Of a stretch of 60,530 nucleotides of DNA, positions 1 to 10,543 are shown one piece after another. The DNA is from a virus (Duplodnaviria > Caudoviricetes): the IMG/VR virus record IMGVR_UViG_3300042938_000567, positions 1 through 60,530 of that record; one strand, written 5' to 3'. A model generated the notes under the pieces. That model was not told where the DNA came from, made no database searches, and saw only the letters and a program-made list of their open reading frames with translations. Every line of letters begins with the position of its first letter. Position 1 is the stretch's first letter. The position numbers and the translations under genes are program-made.

Positions 1-884
<884 letters not shown>

Positions 885-916
885 AGTTTATTATTAATCG
901 TTGAATTGCGTTTTTG

Positions 917-1132
917 TCAAGCGGTTATCTCAGGCTCAATAGGCCAATGCAACCCTTCTTTGGCTATCTGTGCTTCACACTCTTGTTGGGTTCCAACAAA
1001 CAATGTGCCTCCAGTTGCGATTGACTGATCTGTCTGTTCGTAAAACACTATTAGTTTATCGTGATATACTAATTTCCAATTCCCTACAGAAGCGTCATAC
1101 GACCAGCCATTTTCGTCAGGTGGGATTATCAT
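917..1132 (-). CDS. Small virion-cassette protein (paralogue of 54779-54994)
   Basis: 71-aa ORF conserved in both cassettes; ATGA overlap with the upstream gene. Confidence 0.75.
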   Translation of the reverse strand: MIIPPDENGWSYDASVGNWKLVYHDKLIVFYEQTDQSIATGGTLFVGTQQECEAQIAKEGLHWPIEPEITA

Positions 1133-2004
1133 GGGACTGTTACTGCGAGAGTTGAGGTTGCTGAAGTGTAAGTTGCCGTTGTTCCTACTGGAACGCCTGT
1201 TAAGCTAATTACTCCCGGCGCGTAGGACTGAACAGTTGTTCCTTGGAAAAATCGAAAATTGGTTGTTGTTGCTGCTGGAGGAGAAACATTGAAAGCAACC
1301 GCCAAACTTGCATTTTGAAAAGTAGCTGTTGCTGTGGAAGCTCCAACAGTTTTTATAGTTCTGAGAAACCCTGCGGTGATTCCTGTAGACCCCGTATAGC
1401 TTAAAGTTCCGTTTAGGTGGAGTCTGCCAGTAGATGTTTTGCTAATACTTCCACTACCAGCGATTGAGCCGGGAATTGTTAATGTGATAGTTCCAGAAGC
1501 AACGCGGAATTGCAGAGAGTTACCAGTATTTATTTGAAAATTATTAGTCAGCGTTGACGTTGCGTTGCAAACTATTTGCGATGGGCCTGCTGAGGTGAAT
1601 AACCCAGTTCCAAAAGCATTGTTTTGCGAAAATGGAATTGTTCCTGTTGCCGCAGATGGTGCAGATAATGTTCCTCCCGAATAGGTATTGCTACCTCCAA
1701 TGGTTAAAGCTGTTGTTCCAGTCTTTGTAAGTGATCCTGCCCCGCTAATAACTCCATTCAAAGTCGATGCGCTTGAAATTGCAATTTGACCAGCATTGAT
1801 TTGGGTAGGCCCAGTATAGTTGCATACTCCAGAGAGCGTCAGTCCACCAATTCCGTTCTTTATTAAGCCAGTTGTTCCAGAAATTGCTGCTGAAATTGTT
1901 GTGCTTACATAGCACATGAAATGACGGAACGATGCCGTTGAAGATGCAATTGCATTTACATTGCTTACACCTACTTTTGCTGCGTTGGAATTAGTTAAAA
2001 TCAT
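1129..2004 (-). CDS. Autotransporter passenger-associated (PATR) beta-strand repeat protein, likely fibre component
   Basis: Repeats such as GSLTKTGTTALTIGGSNTYSGGT and GSISKTSTGRLHLNGTLSYTGST. Confidence 0.75.
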   Translation of the reverse strand: MILTNSNAAKVGVSNVNAIASSTASFRHFMCYVSTTISAAISGTTGLIKNGIGGLTLSGVCNYTGPTQINAGQIAISSASTLNGVISGAGSLTKTGTTALTIGGSNTYSGGTLSAPSAATGTIPFSQNNAFGTGLFTSAGPSQIVCNATSTLTNNFQINTGNSLQFRVASGTITLTIPGSIAGSGSISKTSTGRLHLNGTLSYTGSTGITAGFLRTIKTVGASTATATFQNASLAVAFNVSPPAATTTNFRFFQGTTVQSYAPGVISLTGVPVGTTATYTSATSTLAVTVP

Positions 2005-2588
2005 CCTACAATTATGTAAACTGTGTTAGAATTAATACCTGCTCCAAGTGCGTTGTACCCAGCTAATGTGATTTGCATCATGTTAGTCAAGGCAGTTGCT
2101 CCTGTTGCTCCGCTAATATTGCTACCAATCTTGCCGTTTAGAGCGGTCTGCGTAGCGGTTGAAATTGGTTTATTATCATCCGAGGTGTTGTCGCAATTGC
2201 CAAGACCAACATCAGTCTGGTCGATTGTAACTGCACCAGTTCTTGTATTAACTGAGGTTACTCCCGCGACACTTCCAGTAATGTCACTCAGCGTAGCTAT
2301 AGTACCAGATGCACTAGGTAGAACGAAAGTCTTTGTAGCACCTCCTGCCGTTATGGTGAGGTCGCTATTGTTTTGCAGTTCTAAGACCTGACTGCTATCA
2401 GGAGAATAAAGTTCGTCGTGCGAATGCACAGACATACCACCAATTTCTTGGATTGCACCCGTAGATGGATGCTTGGCATAGAGTTTTTTATCGGCGTGAT
2501 TTATGCAAATCTCACCAGCTGCAAGATCGGAACTCTGCGGAATTTTTGAGATAACCGATTTTTTAGGGACTATGATTGGATTAGCCAT
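2001..2588 (-). CDS. Fibre/adaptor protein
   Basis: N-terminal LAAGEICINHADKKLY domain, VTSVNTRTGAV and DVGLGNCDNTSDDNKPISTATQ fibre motifs, C-terminal NTVYIIVG. Confidence 0.7.
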   Translation of the reverse strand: MANPIIVPKKSVISKIPQSSDLAAGEICINHADKKLYAKHPSTGAIQEIGGMSVHSHDELYSPDSSQVLELQNNSDLTITAGGATKTFVLPSASGTIATLSDITGSVAGVTSVNTRTGAVTIDQTDVGLGNCDNTSDDNKPISTATQTALNGKIGSNISGATGATALTNMMQITLAGYNALGAGINSNTVYIIVG

Positions 2589-2646
2589 TATGGAATGGGG
2601 TTGCCTCCAGAGGGGTTGAACCTCTGAAGGGCTTGGGGTTTAGGGA

Positions 2647-3264
2647 CTAGTAAGTTCCACCATCAATGGTGGTTTCAAGCGCAGTTACACGCGAATCGAG
2701 AGCCGAATCAGCCGATTGACGATCCGATACTTCGGAAGCCAACGCAGCGTTGTTGCTCGTTACATAACCAGCGAATGCAGAATCATTTTCCGTATCAACA
2801 GAATTGATCAAGGAAACGATTTCAGCAAACGAATCACTGTCTGCGCTTGCGGCAGAAAGGATTGCGTCGATGCGGCCTTTTTCAGTTGTGATTTTGCCGT
2901 CGAGGGCCGAATCAGCACTGGTGCGAGCGGAGGTTTCGGTAGCGAGATCGGAAGCGATAACGCCTTCAGCGGCGGTAGCGCGAGAAACTTCGGTAGCGAG
3001 ATCACTGGTTAGTGTGCTGTCAGCAGCAATACGAGCGGCTTGCTCTGCTGCGATAGCGGCAGTAAGCGTAGTGTTTGCATCAGAAACAGCGGAGTCAGCA
3101 TAAGCCTTGGTAGCGAATGTGCCTTCGCCGCCGACGATGAGTACTGATCCGTCAGCTTTACCGACGAAGAGGTTTTTATTGGTTAGGTCGATTGCCAACT
3201 CGCCAGAAGAAAGACTTGCGGGAGCGGAAGAACCACGTTTGATACGAATGATTGGGTTTGCCAT
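2647..3264 (-). CDS. Coiled-coil fibre/whisker protein
   Basis: N-terminal IRIKRG..LSSGELAID domain, E..AR..AD heptads, C-terminal IDGGTY. Confidence 0.75.
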   Translation of the reverse strand: MANPIIRIKRGSSAPASLSSGELAIDLTNKNLFVGKADGSVLIVGGEGTFATKAYADSAVSDANTTLTAAIAAEQAARIAADSTLTSDLATEVSRATAAEGVIASDLATETSARTSADSALDGKITTEKGRIDAILSAASADSDSFAEIVSLINSVDTENDSAFAGYVTSNNAALASEVSDRQSADSALDSRVTALETTIDGGTY

Positions 3265-3311
3265 ATATATTTTTGTTTTGTTTTTTGGTTTTTCTGGTTA
3301 TTCAGAAAGTT

Positions 3312-3488
3312 TTACTCTGGGGATGAGCTATATTCTCCAGCATCTATTTCAGCTACATTTGTAAGTTCGCCATTGTCTATTTGAGCAACAGAATTTCCAT
3401 TAGGCAATGTTCCATTTTCGCTGATTGTGAGCGAGGAACTAGGACTAAAGTCTAACTTGCCTGTAAATGGATTGAATCTAACTGCCAT
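3312..3488 (-). CDS. 58-aa adaptor-like protein ([14 protein letters not shown]...IDAGEY)
   Basis: Translated by hand; conserved paralogue at 58679-58852. Confidence 0.75.
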   Translation of the reverse strand: MAVRFNPFTGKLDFSPSSSLTISENGTLPNGNSVAQIDNGELTNVAEIDAGEYSSSPE

Positions 3489-3491
3489 AAA

Positions 3492-3767
3492 TTAAGGGTA
3501 TGTTACAGTTATAGTCGTTAGATTTGCGTCATTAGTTGTCGGAGGATTAACTGAGTAGAACAAGTTTAATGTAGCTACTGGAACTCCAGCATTGAGGTAT
3601 TGCACTGTTGCAATGTTATTTGTAGTACCATAGTACGCAATATCAATCTGATCGTAGGCAGGAATATCAAATCCCGCGATCTGTTTTAGGGAATCGTAGA
3701 TATTAAAGTTCTGTTGATCTAGTGTTAGATCAACAAAGCAGGGTTGTGATAATGCTGGAGTAGCCAT
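3492..3767 (-). CDS. Small virion protein (paralogue of 58854-59117)
   Basis: Shared GF.IP.(Y/F)D...YYG..NNIATV.Y...VATL.L.YSV.PPT.NDANL. Confidence 0.75.
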   Translation of the reverse strand: MATPALSQPCFVDLTLDQQNFNIYDSLKQIAGFDIPAYDQIDIAYYGTTNNIATVQYLNAGVPVATLNLFYSVNPPTTNDANLTTITVTYP

Positions 3768-3774
3768 AAGATTG

Positions 3775-3790
3775 TTATCGTTAACGATAA
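3775..3790. promoter_or_regulatory. TTATCG-N4-CGATAA palindrome
   Basis: TTATCGTTAACGATAA immediately upstream of the ATG at 3767. Confidence 0.85.
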
Positions 3791-4054
3791 TTAGGTAACA
3801 GGAAGCGCAGCAGCAACAGCTTCGTTAAGAACAAAGAGTTGTTGGTCTTCCGTTGTTTGCACAAAACAGTTTTCAGTTACTGGAGTAAGTGAGCCGATTG
3901 TAGCAAAAGCTAGATAGAATTGATAGAGTTTGGAAGCGTCACTAGCTGCATCAAAGCAACCAAAAGAAATTGGAGTAATACCAGCAGCAGCAGACACCGT
4001 AATCAGAAGTGGGTATAATTTATTGCGGTAAGGTAAGGATGTAAAGCAAGCCAT
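3791..4054 (-). CDS. Hypothetical virion protein
   Basis: 87-aa ORF in the capsid operon with an internal ..CF.. repeat. Confidence 0.6.
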   Translation of the reverse strand: MACFTSLPYRNKLYPLLITVSAAAGITPISFGCFDAASDASKLYQFYLAFATIGSLTPVTENCFVQTTEDQQLFVLNEAVAAALPVT

Positions 4055-4069
4055 AATTTTAAAAAGGGT

Positions 4070-4103
4070 TATGGGCAGGGAGGGTTAAAGACCTCCCTAC
4101 CCA
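4070..4103 (-). terminator. Hairpin / putative intrinsic terminator
   Basis: TGGGCAGGGAGG...CCTCCCTACCCA stem downstream of the 204-aa gene. Confidence 0.55.
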
Positions 4104-4118
4104 ATAATGGGGAATTGG

Positions 4119-4733
4119 TTAGTAGTAGATACCAACAACGTAGGCGTTCACATAAAGTGCGCCAACACGTCCGGCAGTATCTGCACCAGAAACAACGTCA
4201 ACACCAGCGTTTGCATAGGTGAAGGTAGTTGCATTAACAACAATTACTTCAGCTTGCAAATCATCAAAGGTGCTATCGGTCATGCTGGCAATCGTGATGA
4301 CATCACCCGTGGAGAAACCATGAGCAAGTGCGGTAACGATTGTAGCAACGCCCGAAGTACGGGAACTAGTTGCGGTTGCTTGACCAGCACCAACAGTTGT
4401 CTTGTGAAGACGAACGCTACGGGAGCCAGTGACTACAGGAGCGTTAGCAAGCAAAGCCAATGTGTTTGATGTACCTTGGTTATCAAGAGCATCAGTGATG
4501 GTGAGTGAGGAGGTGATGTTTTCGCCAGTGGTTCCGTTGTCAACGATCACAATTGGATCGGTGGCAGTGGTTCCGCGAGCATAGGCAGTCTCCAATACGA
4601 TGCTTGTTGGAAAGAACTTAGTTTCTTGGTCATTAAGAACAAGAAGATTAGCGTCTCCAGCAGCGAGAAGGTTAACGGCAATCGGGCCAAAAAGGTTAAC
4701 CCGATCATAAGCGAGTGGTCGTGAATTAGACAT
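4119..4733 (-). CDS. Putative capsid decoration/cement protein
   Basis: Directly follows the capsid gene; beta-rich with a ..AHGFSTGDVITI.. fibre-type motif. Confidence 0.55.
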   Translation of the reverse strand: MSNSRPLAYDRVNLFGPIAVNLLAAGDANLLVLNDQETKFFPTSIVLETAYARGTTATDPIVIVDNGTTGENITSSLTITDALDNQGTSNTLALLANAPVVTGSRSVRLHKTTVGAGQATATSSRTSGVATIVTALAHGFSTGDVITIASMTDSTFDDLQAEVIVVNATTFTYANAGVDVVSGADTAGRVGALYVNAYVVGIYY

Positions 4734-4754
4734 ATTATTTTTATTTAAGGTTGT

Positions 4755-4779
4755 GGGGAGAGGCTTTCGCCCCTCCCCT
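4755..4779 (-). terminator. Hairpin downstream of capsid gene A
   Basis: GGGGAGAGGC-TTTC-GCCCCTCCCC. Confidence 0.5.
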
Positions 4780-4786
4780 ATTTAAC

Positions 4787-6199
4787 TTAGCAAGGCACAA
4801 CGATGTCACCTACACCAGCGCAGCTATAGCAATCCTGATTGTTCTCAGGTACGATATAGGTCTGCACTTCGCAGCAGGAACCATAGAGGTTTTTGCTCTG
4901 TGGCATACGATGCAAGAAGGTGTGCATGATGGTTGGGTCTTTAACTTGTGCGGCAAGACGGAACTGGGCTTGATAGAAGCCCGATTTACGCCAGCGGTTG
5001 CACTCCCAATCTGGGTTCTTCCATTCCCAATCGCCAGCGTAGTTCTGGGTCATTTGTTGGGCTTGGCCGTATCCAGTCGAGGAAGGCATTGTCCACTTGC
5101 ACATTGCTTTGTTAACCATAGCAACCGAGATGCCGAAATCGGCAGTGCGGTAAGCGCGGTTAGGGATGTAAGCACATCCTTGTTCAAGCACAGTCTTGAT
5201 GTAACGAGGTACACGAACGAGACGCGCCCATGTTGCAGGGTCAGCTTCGTTATAGGCTGGAAGTGTTGCGTTGAATGCCGAATCAGCATTGAAACGAGCG
5301 GAGTTGATGTCGTAACCGAAGGCGTAATCGCCGATGATACGATTGATTCCGAGTTTCAAGCGGGTAAGACGCTCGTCGAAATCAGTGTTTGCATCCCAGT
5401 AACCGTTGTTGCGTTTCGCTTGGAAATAAAGCGCACGTCCAACTTGTGGGTCAGGGATAACGATGTCGAGCAAAGGCTGACCAGTTGCGTCTTGGAGATC
5501 AAGGCGGAAAGCGTCATCTTCGTCTTGGAGATCAACGAGTGCATCGTCGAGCATATCAAGCGAGAGATAAGCAATTTTGCCAAGGTCAGCAGGAGCGATC
5601 TTAACGCGAATAGCGCAGAGGTCATAACCAGCTTCGTTGTTGAGCGTATGCTCTGGAACGAACCATGCGCCGTCATCGACGAGGCCGCAATAGGTTCCGT
5701 CATCCGTAGTGATACCCATCCACTTGTGACCAGATTGGCCAATGTAGTTGGAGCGAAGAAACTCTTCATGCACGTTCTTAGTGATACGGGCATTCGACTC
5801 TTCAAACTGGAGGATTTCTTCTGCTGGGAACAAGCGATAGAGCAAGCTCTCAACGCAAATCCAGTCAGTAGTCATTTCCTTACGGAGCAACTCGAAAGTA
5901 TAGGACTCAGTGCCGGGGCGTTGAATCACTTCGGGTTTGCTATCGCAAGAATCAGTCTCGCAGTAGGTGTCGGTGATCTGACGGAAAGGCGTACAAGGAT
6001 CGTGGAATCCACGTCCGAAGCGGAACGCTTTCTGTTCAGTTGTGTGGTTAAGAGGCCATGCTTGCTCCTCGAAACGTGTGAAGTATGCGCTGTTAGTGAC
6101 AAGTTTCTTTACATAGAGGTCGTTGAAATATTCGCGGCCCTCACGAAAGAAAGAATCAATCTCTGCACAACTGTTGAAATATAGCTGATCTGATGCCAT
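4787..6199 (-). CDS. Major capsid protein, copy A (470 aa)
   Basis: Portal-scaffold-capsid synteny, size, own promoter and hairpin, highly expressed codon style; distant homology to 59187-60380. Confidence 0.8.
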   Translation of the reverse strand: MASDQLYFNSCAEIDSFFREGREYFNDLYVKKLVTNSAYFTRFEEQAWPLNHTTEQKAFRFGRGFHDPCTPFRQITDTYCETDSCDSKPEVIQRPGTESYTFELLRKEMTTDWICVESLLYRLFPAEEILQFEESNARITKNVHEEFLRSNYIGQSGHKWMGITTDDGTYCGLVDDGAWFVPEHTLNNEAGYDLCAIRVKIAPADLGKIAYLSLDMLDDALVDLQDEDDAFRLDLQDATGQPLLDIVIPDPQVGRALYFQAKRNNGYWDANTDFDERLTRLKLGINRIIGDYAFGYDINSARFNADSAFNATLPAYNEADPATWARLVRVPRYIKTVLEQGCAYIPNRAYRTADFGISVAMVNKAMCKWTMPSSTGYGQAQQMTQNYAGDWEWKNPDWECNRWRKSGFYQAQFRLAAQVKDPTIMHTFLHRMPQSKNLYGSCCEVQTYIVPENNQDCYSCAGVGDIVVPC

Positions 6200-6249
6200 A
6201 ATAATTAGTTTGTTTGATTTTTGGTTTTAGTTTTAGTTGTTGCACCCAT

Positions 6250-6420
6250 GACAAGTCCGAAGAATGCCAAAGCGAGTGCTTCGTTTTTCTTCGGCTGGAT
6301 TCAACCCCGAATCTCTCTTGCGAGAGCAGTCCAGAAACATCTTTTCATGCGAGTGATGTTACTCGCCAGTCCGGGTGAGACTGAATCCCTAATATTATCG
6401 TAAACGATAATCTCGGATAT
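6250..6420 (-). ncRNA. Candidate structured 5' leader RNA of capsid gene A
   Basis: Multiple stems: 6257-64/6287-94, 6295-99/6330-34, 6313-26 (GCAA tetraloop on the - strand), 6349-66, 6367-83. Confidence 0.5.
6395..6410. promoter_or_regulatory. TTATCG-N4-CGATAA palindrome
   Basis: TTATCGTAAACGATAA just downstream of the putative capsid promoter. Confidence 0.85.
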
Positions 6421-6433
6421 CCCGTTTGATCAA

Positions 6434-6461
6434 AACATAAGAACATTATTTAAGTTGTCAA
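6434..6461 (-). promoter_or_regulatory. Sigma70-like promoter for capsid gene A
   Basis: TTGACA-N16-TATGTT on the - strand. Confidence 0.5.
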
Positions 6462-6471
6462 GCGATAAAAC

Positions 6472-6507
6472 AAAAAAGGTGAAAGATTTTTTACGTCTTT
6501 CACCTTT
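6472..6507 (-). terminator. Intrinsic terminator after the scaffold gene
   Basis: AAGGTGAAAGA...TCTTTCACCTT stem with a U-tract on the - strand. Confidence 0.7.
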
Positions 6508-6530
6508 CCATGTTTCAACTGGTTTTGGGC

Positions 6531-7814
6531 TTATGCAGTTCGTGGGCCGAAACGTGCAAGTTTCGCTGCCAGTCCCTCCGACAGACTCATCAGTTGTGAT
6601 GGAGAATTTGACTTGGGTGATGCGGTGATTCGCGAAGAACCTTTTAGTTTTTCAATGTAATCATCCTTCTCTTTAACCATACTTTGATAGGCTTTAAGTT
6701 GTGCTTGTAGCTTCTTGTATGATCGTCCTTGGTGAATCAAACGATTCATCTCCTCAACGGAGGCTTCTTCGGTAGACTGCTGTGTAGCAGAAAGCGCAAT
6801 GGCTTCATCCCGGCTAATGTCGTATTTGATTCCCTTCTCCTTCATGTATTCCGAGATGTGATCTGGAATAGATGTTTGACTGTCTATTTCTTCTTGAGTT
6901 GTTTTGTAACTGCTTTTCCACTCGTTAAGGAATTTGTTGCGTCCATCTTGTTCACGTTGCTTTGTTGTTTGAATGATGTTTTGCTTTGTTTGTTCAAAGT
7001 TAAGCAAGGCGTTGTGGTGGCTTTGGGTTGCTTTAATGAAGCTATTGACTTGCTCCGCGAATTGGTACTGCTTGAATTGCGATAGCGAGTTCGTGATTTC
7101 GTCGAACGCTTCGTCCCTTGTGGCTTCTGCTGCCCTGAGGTCTTCTTCGGATGTCGCATTGTACATGGCGGCATTTGCTGCTGTAGCTCTGGCGTACACA
7201 GAAAGAAGCGTTGGATCATTGTTAAGCAACTTTTTAGCAGAGTCATAAGTTTGCTTGATGGGTTCAACGTAGTTCTTTTTGAACTCTGGATTGCTGGTGA
7301 TGTCGTGAAAGTCCAGTTTTCCACGCAAGTCGTTGACTTGTTCTGACAACTGCCTTTCGAGTTCTTCTTTCTCTTCACTGGCTTTCTTAAGTTGTTGTTG
7401 GTAGTGATTCGTTTCTGTTGTTGTTTTACTTTCAGATGCGAGCCTTTCAAGTTCTTGGATTTTGGTTTCAAATTTGGGGATTTCCTCTTTACGATATTTC
7501 TCTAGTTCTTCTTTTAGTTTGCGGTTCTCTTCGATTTGTCGTTCAACAAATCCTTTCTTTTTACCTTTGCGGTCAGATGTAATGTCTTCCTTATTGACAC
7601 TATATGACTCTTGTTCAGCTTCGTAATCAGATGGTTCTGATTCTTCTTGTTTCATTCCGAGCATTGGATCACCTACGTTCGTTGAACTTGGCTTGCCTTC
7701 GTCGGCTTGTTGTTTGCTGAACTTCTTTAGGAAGTCAGATGTATTTCCTTTGATAGCAATTTGTGGTTTGCTTTTAAGGTCTTGGATGATGTTGTCTGTA
7801 TCGCTTTCGCTCAT
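6531..7814 (-). CDS. Capsid scaffolding protein (putative)
   Basis: Highly charged coiled coil located between portal and capsid genes. Confidence 0.65.
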   Translation of the reverse strand: MSESDTDNIIQDLKSKPQIAIKGNTSDFLKKFSKQQADEGKPSSTNVGDPMLGMKQEESEPSDYEAEQESYSVNKEDITSDRKGKKKGFVERQIEENRKLKEELEKYRKEEIPKFETKIQELERLASESKTTTETNHYQQQLKKASEEKEELERQLSEQVNDLRGKLDFHDITSNPEFKKNYVEPIKQTYDSAKKLLNNDPTLLSVYARATAANAAMYNATSEEDLRAAEATRDEAFDEITNSLSQFKQYQFAEQVNSFIKATQSHHNALLNFEQTKQNIIQTTKQREQDGRNKFLNEWKSSYKTTQEEIDSQTSIPDHISEYMKEKGIKYDISRDEAIALSATQQSTEEASVEEMNRLIHQGRSYKKLQAQLKAYQSMVKEKDDYIEKLKGSSRITASPKSNSPSQLMSLSEGLAAKLARFGPRTA

Positions 7815-7817
7815 ATT

Positions 7818-8069
7818 TTAGTTTTCTTCGTCTAGGTCTGGGTCAGAATGAAACATTTTAGGTGCTTCCTTCTTGTTGCTTGGTTTGTTTTTCTTAAACT
7901 CTACTGCTGTATCTTCTCCGATTGAATTGATTCGGTTGATTACATCTCGTAGAGTTGTGATTCCTTCTGATGGCGTTGCCGTCATTAGTAGGTAAGTTTG
8001 CAAAGCATACCAGTCTTCGTGAGAAGCTATAGCAGCGCAGATGCTTTTGATTTTGTCTGTTGTACTCAT
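7818..8069 (-). CDS. Small head-assembly region protein
   Basis: 83 aa, overlaps the portal stop codon; typical position. Confidence 0.6.
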   Translation of the reverse strand: MSTTDKIKSICAAIASHEDWYALQTYLLMTATPSEGITTLRDVINRINSIGEDTAVEFKKNKPSNKKEAPKMFHSDPDLDEEN

Positions 8070-10510
8070 TGTGGAGGCATTGGCGTAATATTCGTTTGTT
8101 CTGGAGTTTCAATCTCAACTTCTTCAACTTCTTCTACTTCTTCAACTTCTTCTTCGCCCTGCATAGTTGCCATCTTTGCCTTTTCCTTCTGGATTTCTTG
8201 GCGAGCTTTGGCTTTCTGTAGAGCAAGCTGAGTGATACCTTGTTCCTTGCGTTGTTCTGTGCGTTGAGCGTGACTGATAGCAGCCTTGCCAACGGAGATG
8301 TCCGCGAGCTTCTTCTTGGTGTCGATCTCGATGCCCGATTTGGCAGCGAGGTACTGGAGCTTGAGTTCTTCTTCCGAAGATTGTTTGCCTTGCTGGGCTT
8401 GTGCCATCTCTTGGTACACACCAGCGATTTCGTCTGCTGCACCTTGAGCCTGTTGCATCCCTTGCATGAACTGCTTGAGGAAGTCTTGTTTGGATGGGTC
8501 TTTCTGAATGAATCCAACGTGCGCCATGATGTGACCACCCTTGAATTGCACGGAACGTACAGTCTTAGCGAGTTCGTTAACGTCTGGTTGACCACCTTGG
8601 ATCATCTGCATACTCGTTTGAATCTGCATCATCATATCCTGCAAGTGACCGCTAACGTGTTCGATGTGTGGATCAGTTGGTAGTACTGGGAAGTTAGCTG
8701 GGTTAACGAATACATCCGTCATGCCAGCGTTCTCAAACCCAATGATACGCATCGTGTCATCAATCTTAGTTGGCTTAGTATTACGATACCTAGCTACGTT
8801 ATCACGTCCAGATAGTGCGGCAATGGCGTCCTTAACAGCGTTCTCTTGACCTTCGTTGGCTGGAGTAATAGCAGTGATCTGCAATAGCTTCTCAGCCGTA
8901 ATCAGTTTAAAGCTAGGACTACCCGCTCCGTTGATAAGGTTAGAACGAATGCTAGTGATGTTCTTCCATTGGGCGGCTTCCTTGGGTGTTCCCATTTCCT
9001 CTAGGATTTCGTAGAACTTTTTAACGTATTCATACCCATCGTCGCTGGACTTAGAGCTTACAAACCTCTTGTAGAGTTGTTTGAAGTACAATGTTTGGCA
9101 CTCATTGAATCGACGAATCTGGGTTCCAGATAGTTTTGCTGACTCAGCGGCATCCAGTTCTGCTTCTCCTTTGGTGCGTTGTTTTCCACCAGAAGTAGGG
9201 GAATTAATGCGATACTGACCCATGCCCCTGTACATATCTCCCATGAAGAACTGCATGAATCCCATGCTCTCTGCTACTGGGAGTTGGAAGCGGTTCTGGA
9301 TGAACTTAGCCCCATCTGGCATAACAGAGATTGGTAGCCACTCCATTTGTTTCAGCATCTTGGTAGAGTCTGGCCCTTGTCCCTCGATCATCAGCATGGA
9401 GTTGAGTCGAACGGCATCAACCAGTCCGTTCATCGTGAAGTCATACTGACGACAAGCAACGAACGCCGATTCCGCTTGGCTCTTAATGTCTTGGAATAGA
9501 CCAGAACCAACAGAATCAGTGAGCATATAAAGAATCTCATCCCATGAGTTATATGCACCTACTTTAAGCATCATAAATCCATGCTCACTACGAACATCGT
9601 CTTCGCTCAGTTTACCAGACCCCTTGACATTGGAGTTGATGTATTGAGCGATAGGTTGGTAATCCTGTAGGATGATTGCTTTAGAAATAGTTCCATCGAA
9701 CTCTCTCCAGTAGACTTCATACAGATCAATCTTTTGGTTTACAGAAAGACTCCAGTTGAATCCAGCCTCACTAATCGTGCGGAAGAAGTCTTCGCGGGTC
9801 TTGCGGTGGTTAGTGAATGCGCGGTGGAATCGGATAGCGTCAATAGCCGCATCTACATTCCAACCCATTGCTTCAGCAGCAGCGCGGTTCTCGATCTTCT
9901 TGTACAACTCGTAAGGAGTCAGGCGGACACGGCGCACAAACTCTTCAAGGTTGCAGAAGTCGATACGAATATCATCTGGGAAAAGAAGATCAGATAGGAA
10001 AACGTGTTCGGGCATCCATCCCATAGGGCTATCCCACATTCCGATACCTTTTCCGTACAAGAGCATTTCTTCTAAGTCTTGTTCTGTATTGTAAAGGTAG
10101 CCGGGCCATTCGCGGATGGCTTGGTCAAATGCCGTTGAGATGTTTTCAGAGTTTACTAAGCGTTCTTTTTCGTTGCCGAATTTGCTTTTGATCGTGCAAC
10201 AAGCCTGACGCTCCGTAATGACATCATAGTAACTGGACTTCTGGTTATCTACGATAAATCCAAGTTGTCCGTAGTTCACGTCCGATTGCCAAGGCAGTTT
10301 CTTTTCAGCGATCTTGCTGTACCCTGTCGGGGGGAACATTTTATACGCTTTGTAGATACGGATGCGTTTGTTTTCCCTTCCTACATTAGCCAGCCTCAAG
10401 TTGTTAGCAATATTCCACGCATGATTCCCATTGGAGATTCGCGTTGCTGGAGGCTTGCCATTTTCGTCTAGTGTTGCAAGTGAGAAGTTGTCGTTTCCTA
10501 TTGAGAGCAT
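8066..10510 (-). CDS. Portal protein
   Basis: 814 aa, podovirus-like portal size, Q/E-rich C-terminus, ..RTKGEAE.. motif, synteny. Confidence 0.75.
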   Translation of the reverse strand: MLSIGNDNFSLATLDENGKPPATRISNGNHAWNIANNLRLANVGRENKRIRIYKAYKMFPPTGYSKIAEKKLPWQSDVNYGQLGFIVDNQKSSYYDVITERQACCTIKSKFGNEKERLVNSENISTAFDQAIREWPGYLYNTEQDLEEMLLYGKGIGMWDSPMGWMPEHVFLSDLLFPDDIRIDFCNLEEFVRRVRLTPYELYKKIENRAAAEAMGWNVDAAIDAIRFHRAFTNHRKTREDFFRTISEAGFNWSLSVNQKIDLYEVYWREFDGTISKAIILQDYQPIAQYINSNVKGSGKLSEDDVRSEHGFMMLKVGAYNSWDEILYMLTDSVGSGLFQDIKSQAESAFVACRQYDFTMNGLVDAVRLNSMLMIEGQGPDSTKMLKQMEWLPISVMPDGAKFIQNRFQLPVAESMGFMQFFMGDMYRGMGQYRINSPTSGGKQRTKGEAELDAAESAKLSGTQIRRFNECQTLYFKQLYKRFVSSKSSDDGYEYVKKFYEILEEMGTPKEAAQWKNITSIRSNLINGAGSPSFKLITAEKLLQITAITPANEGQENAVKDAIAALSGRDNVARYRNTKPTKIDDTMRIIGFENAGMTDVFVNPANFPVLPTDPHIEHVSGHLQDMMMQIQTSMQMIQGGQPDVNELAKTVRSVQFKGGHIMAHVGFIQKDPSKQDFLKQFMQGMQQAQGAADEIAGVYQEMAQAQQGKQSSEEELKLQYLAAKSGIEIDTKKKLADISVGKAAISHAQRTEQRKEQGITQLALQKAKARQEIQKEKAKMATMQGEEEVEEVEEVEEVEIETPEQTNITPMPPQ

Positions 10511-10527
10511 AATATTAAGATTTCAAT

Positions 10528-10543
10528 TTATCGTTTACGATAA
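10528..10543. promoter_or_regulatory. TTATCG-N4-CGATAA palindrome
   Basis: TTATCGTTTACGATAA upstream of the portal ATG. Confidence 0.85.

Noticed and set aside
4751-6184. 477-aa antisense ORF over capsid A (and 266 aa over capsid B)
   Set aside because: Typical stop-free antisense frame caused by biased codon usage; no recognisable motif or start context
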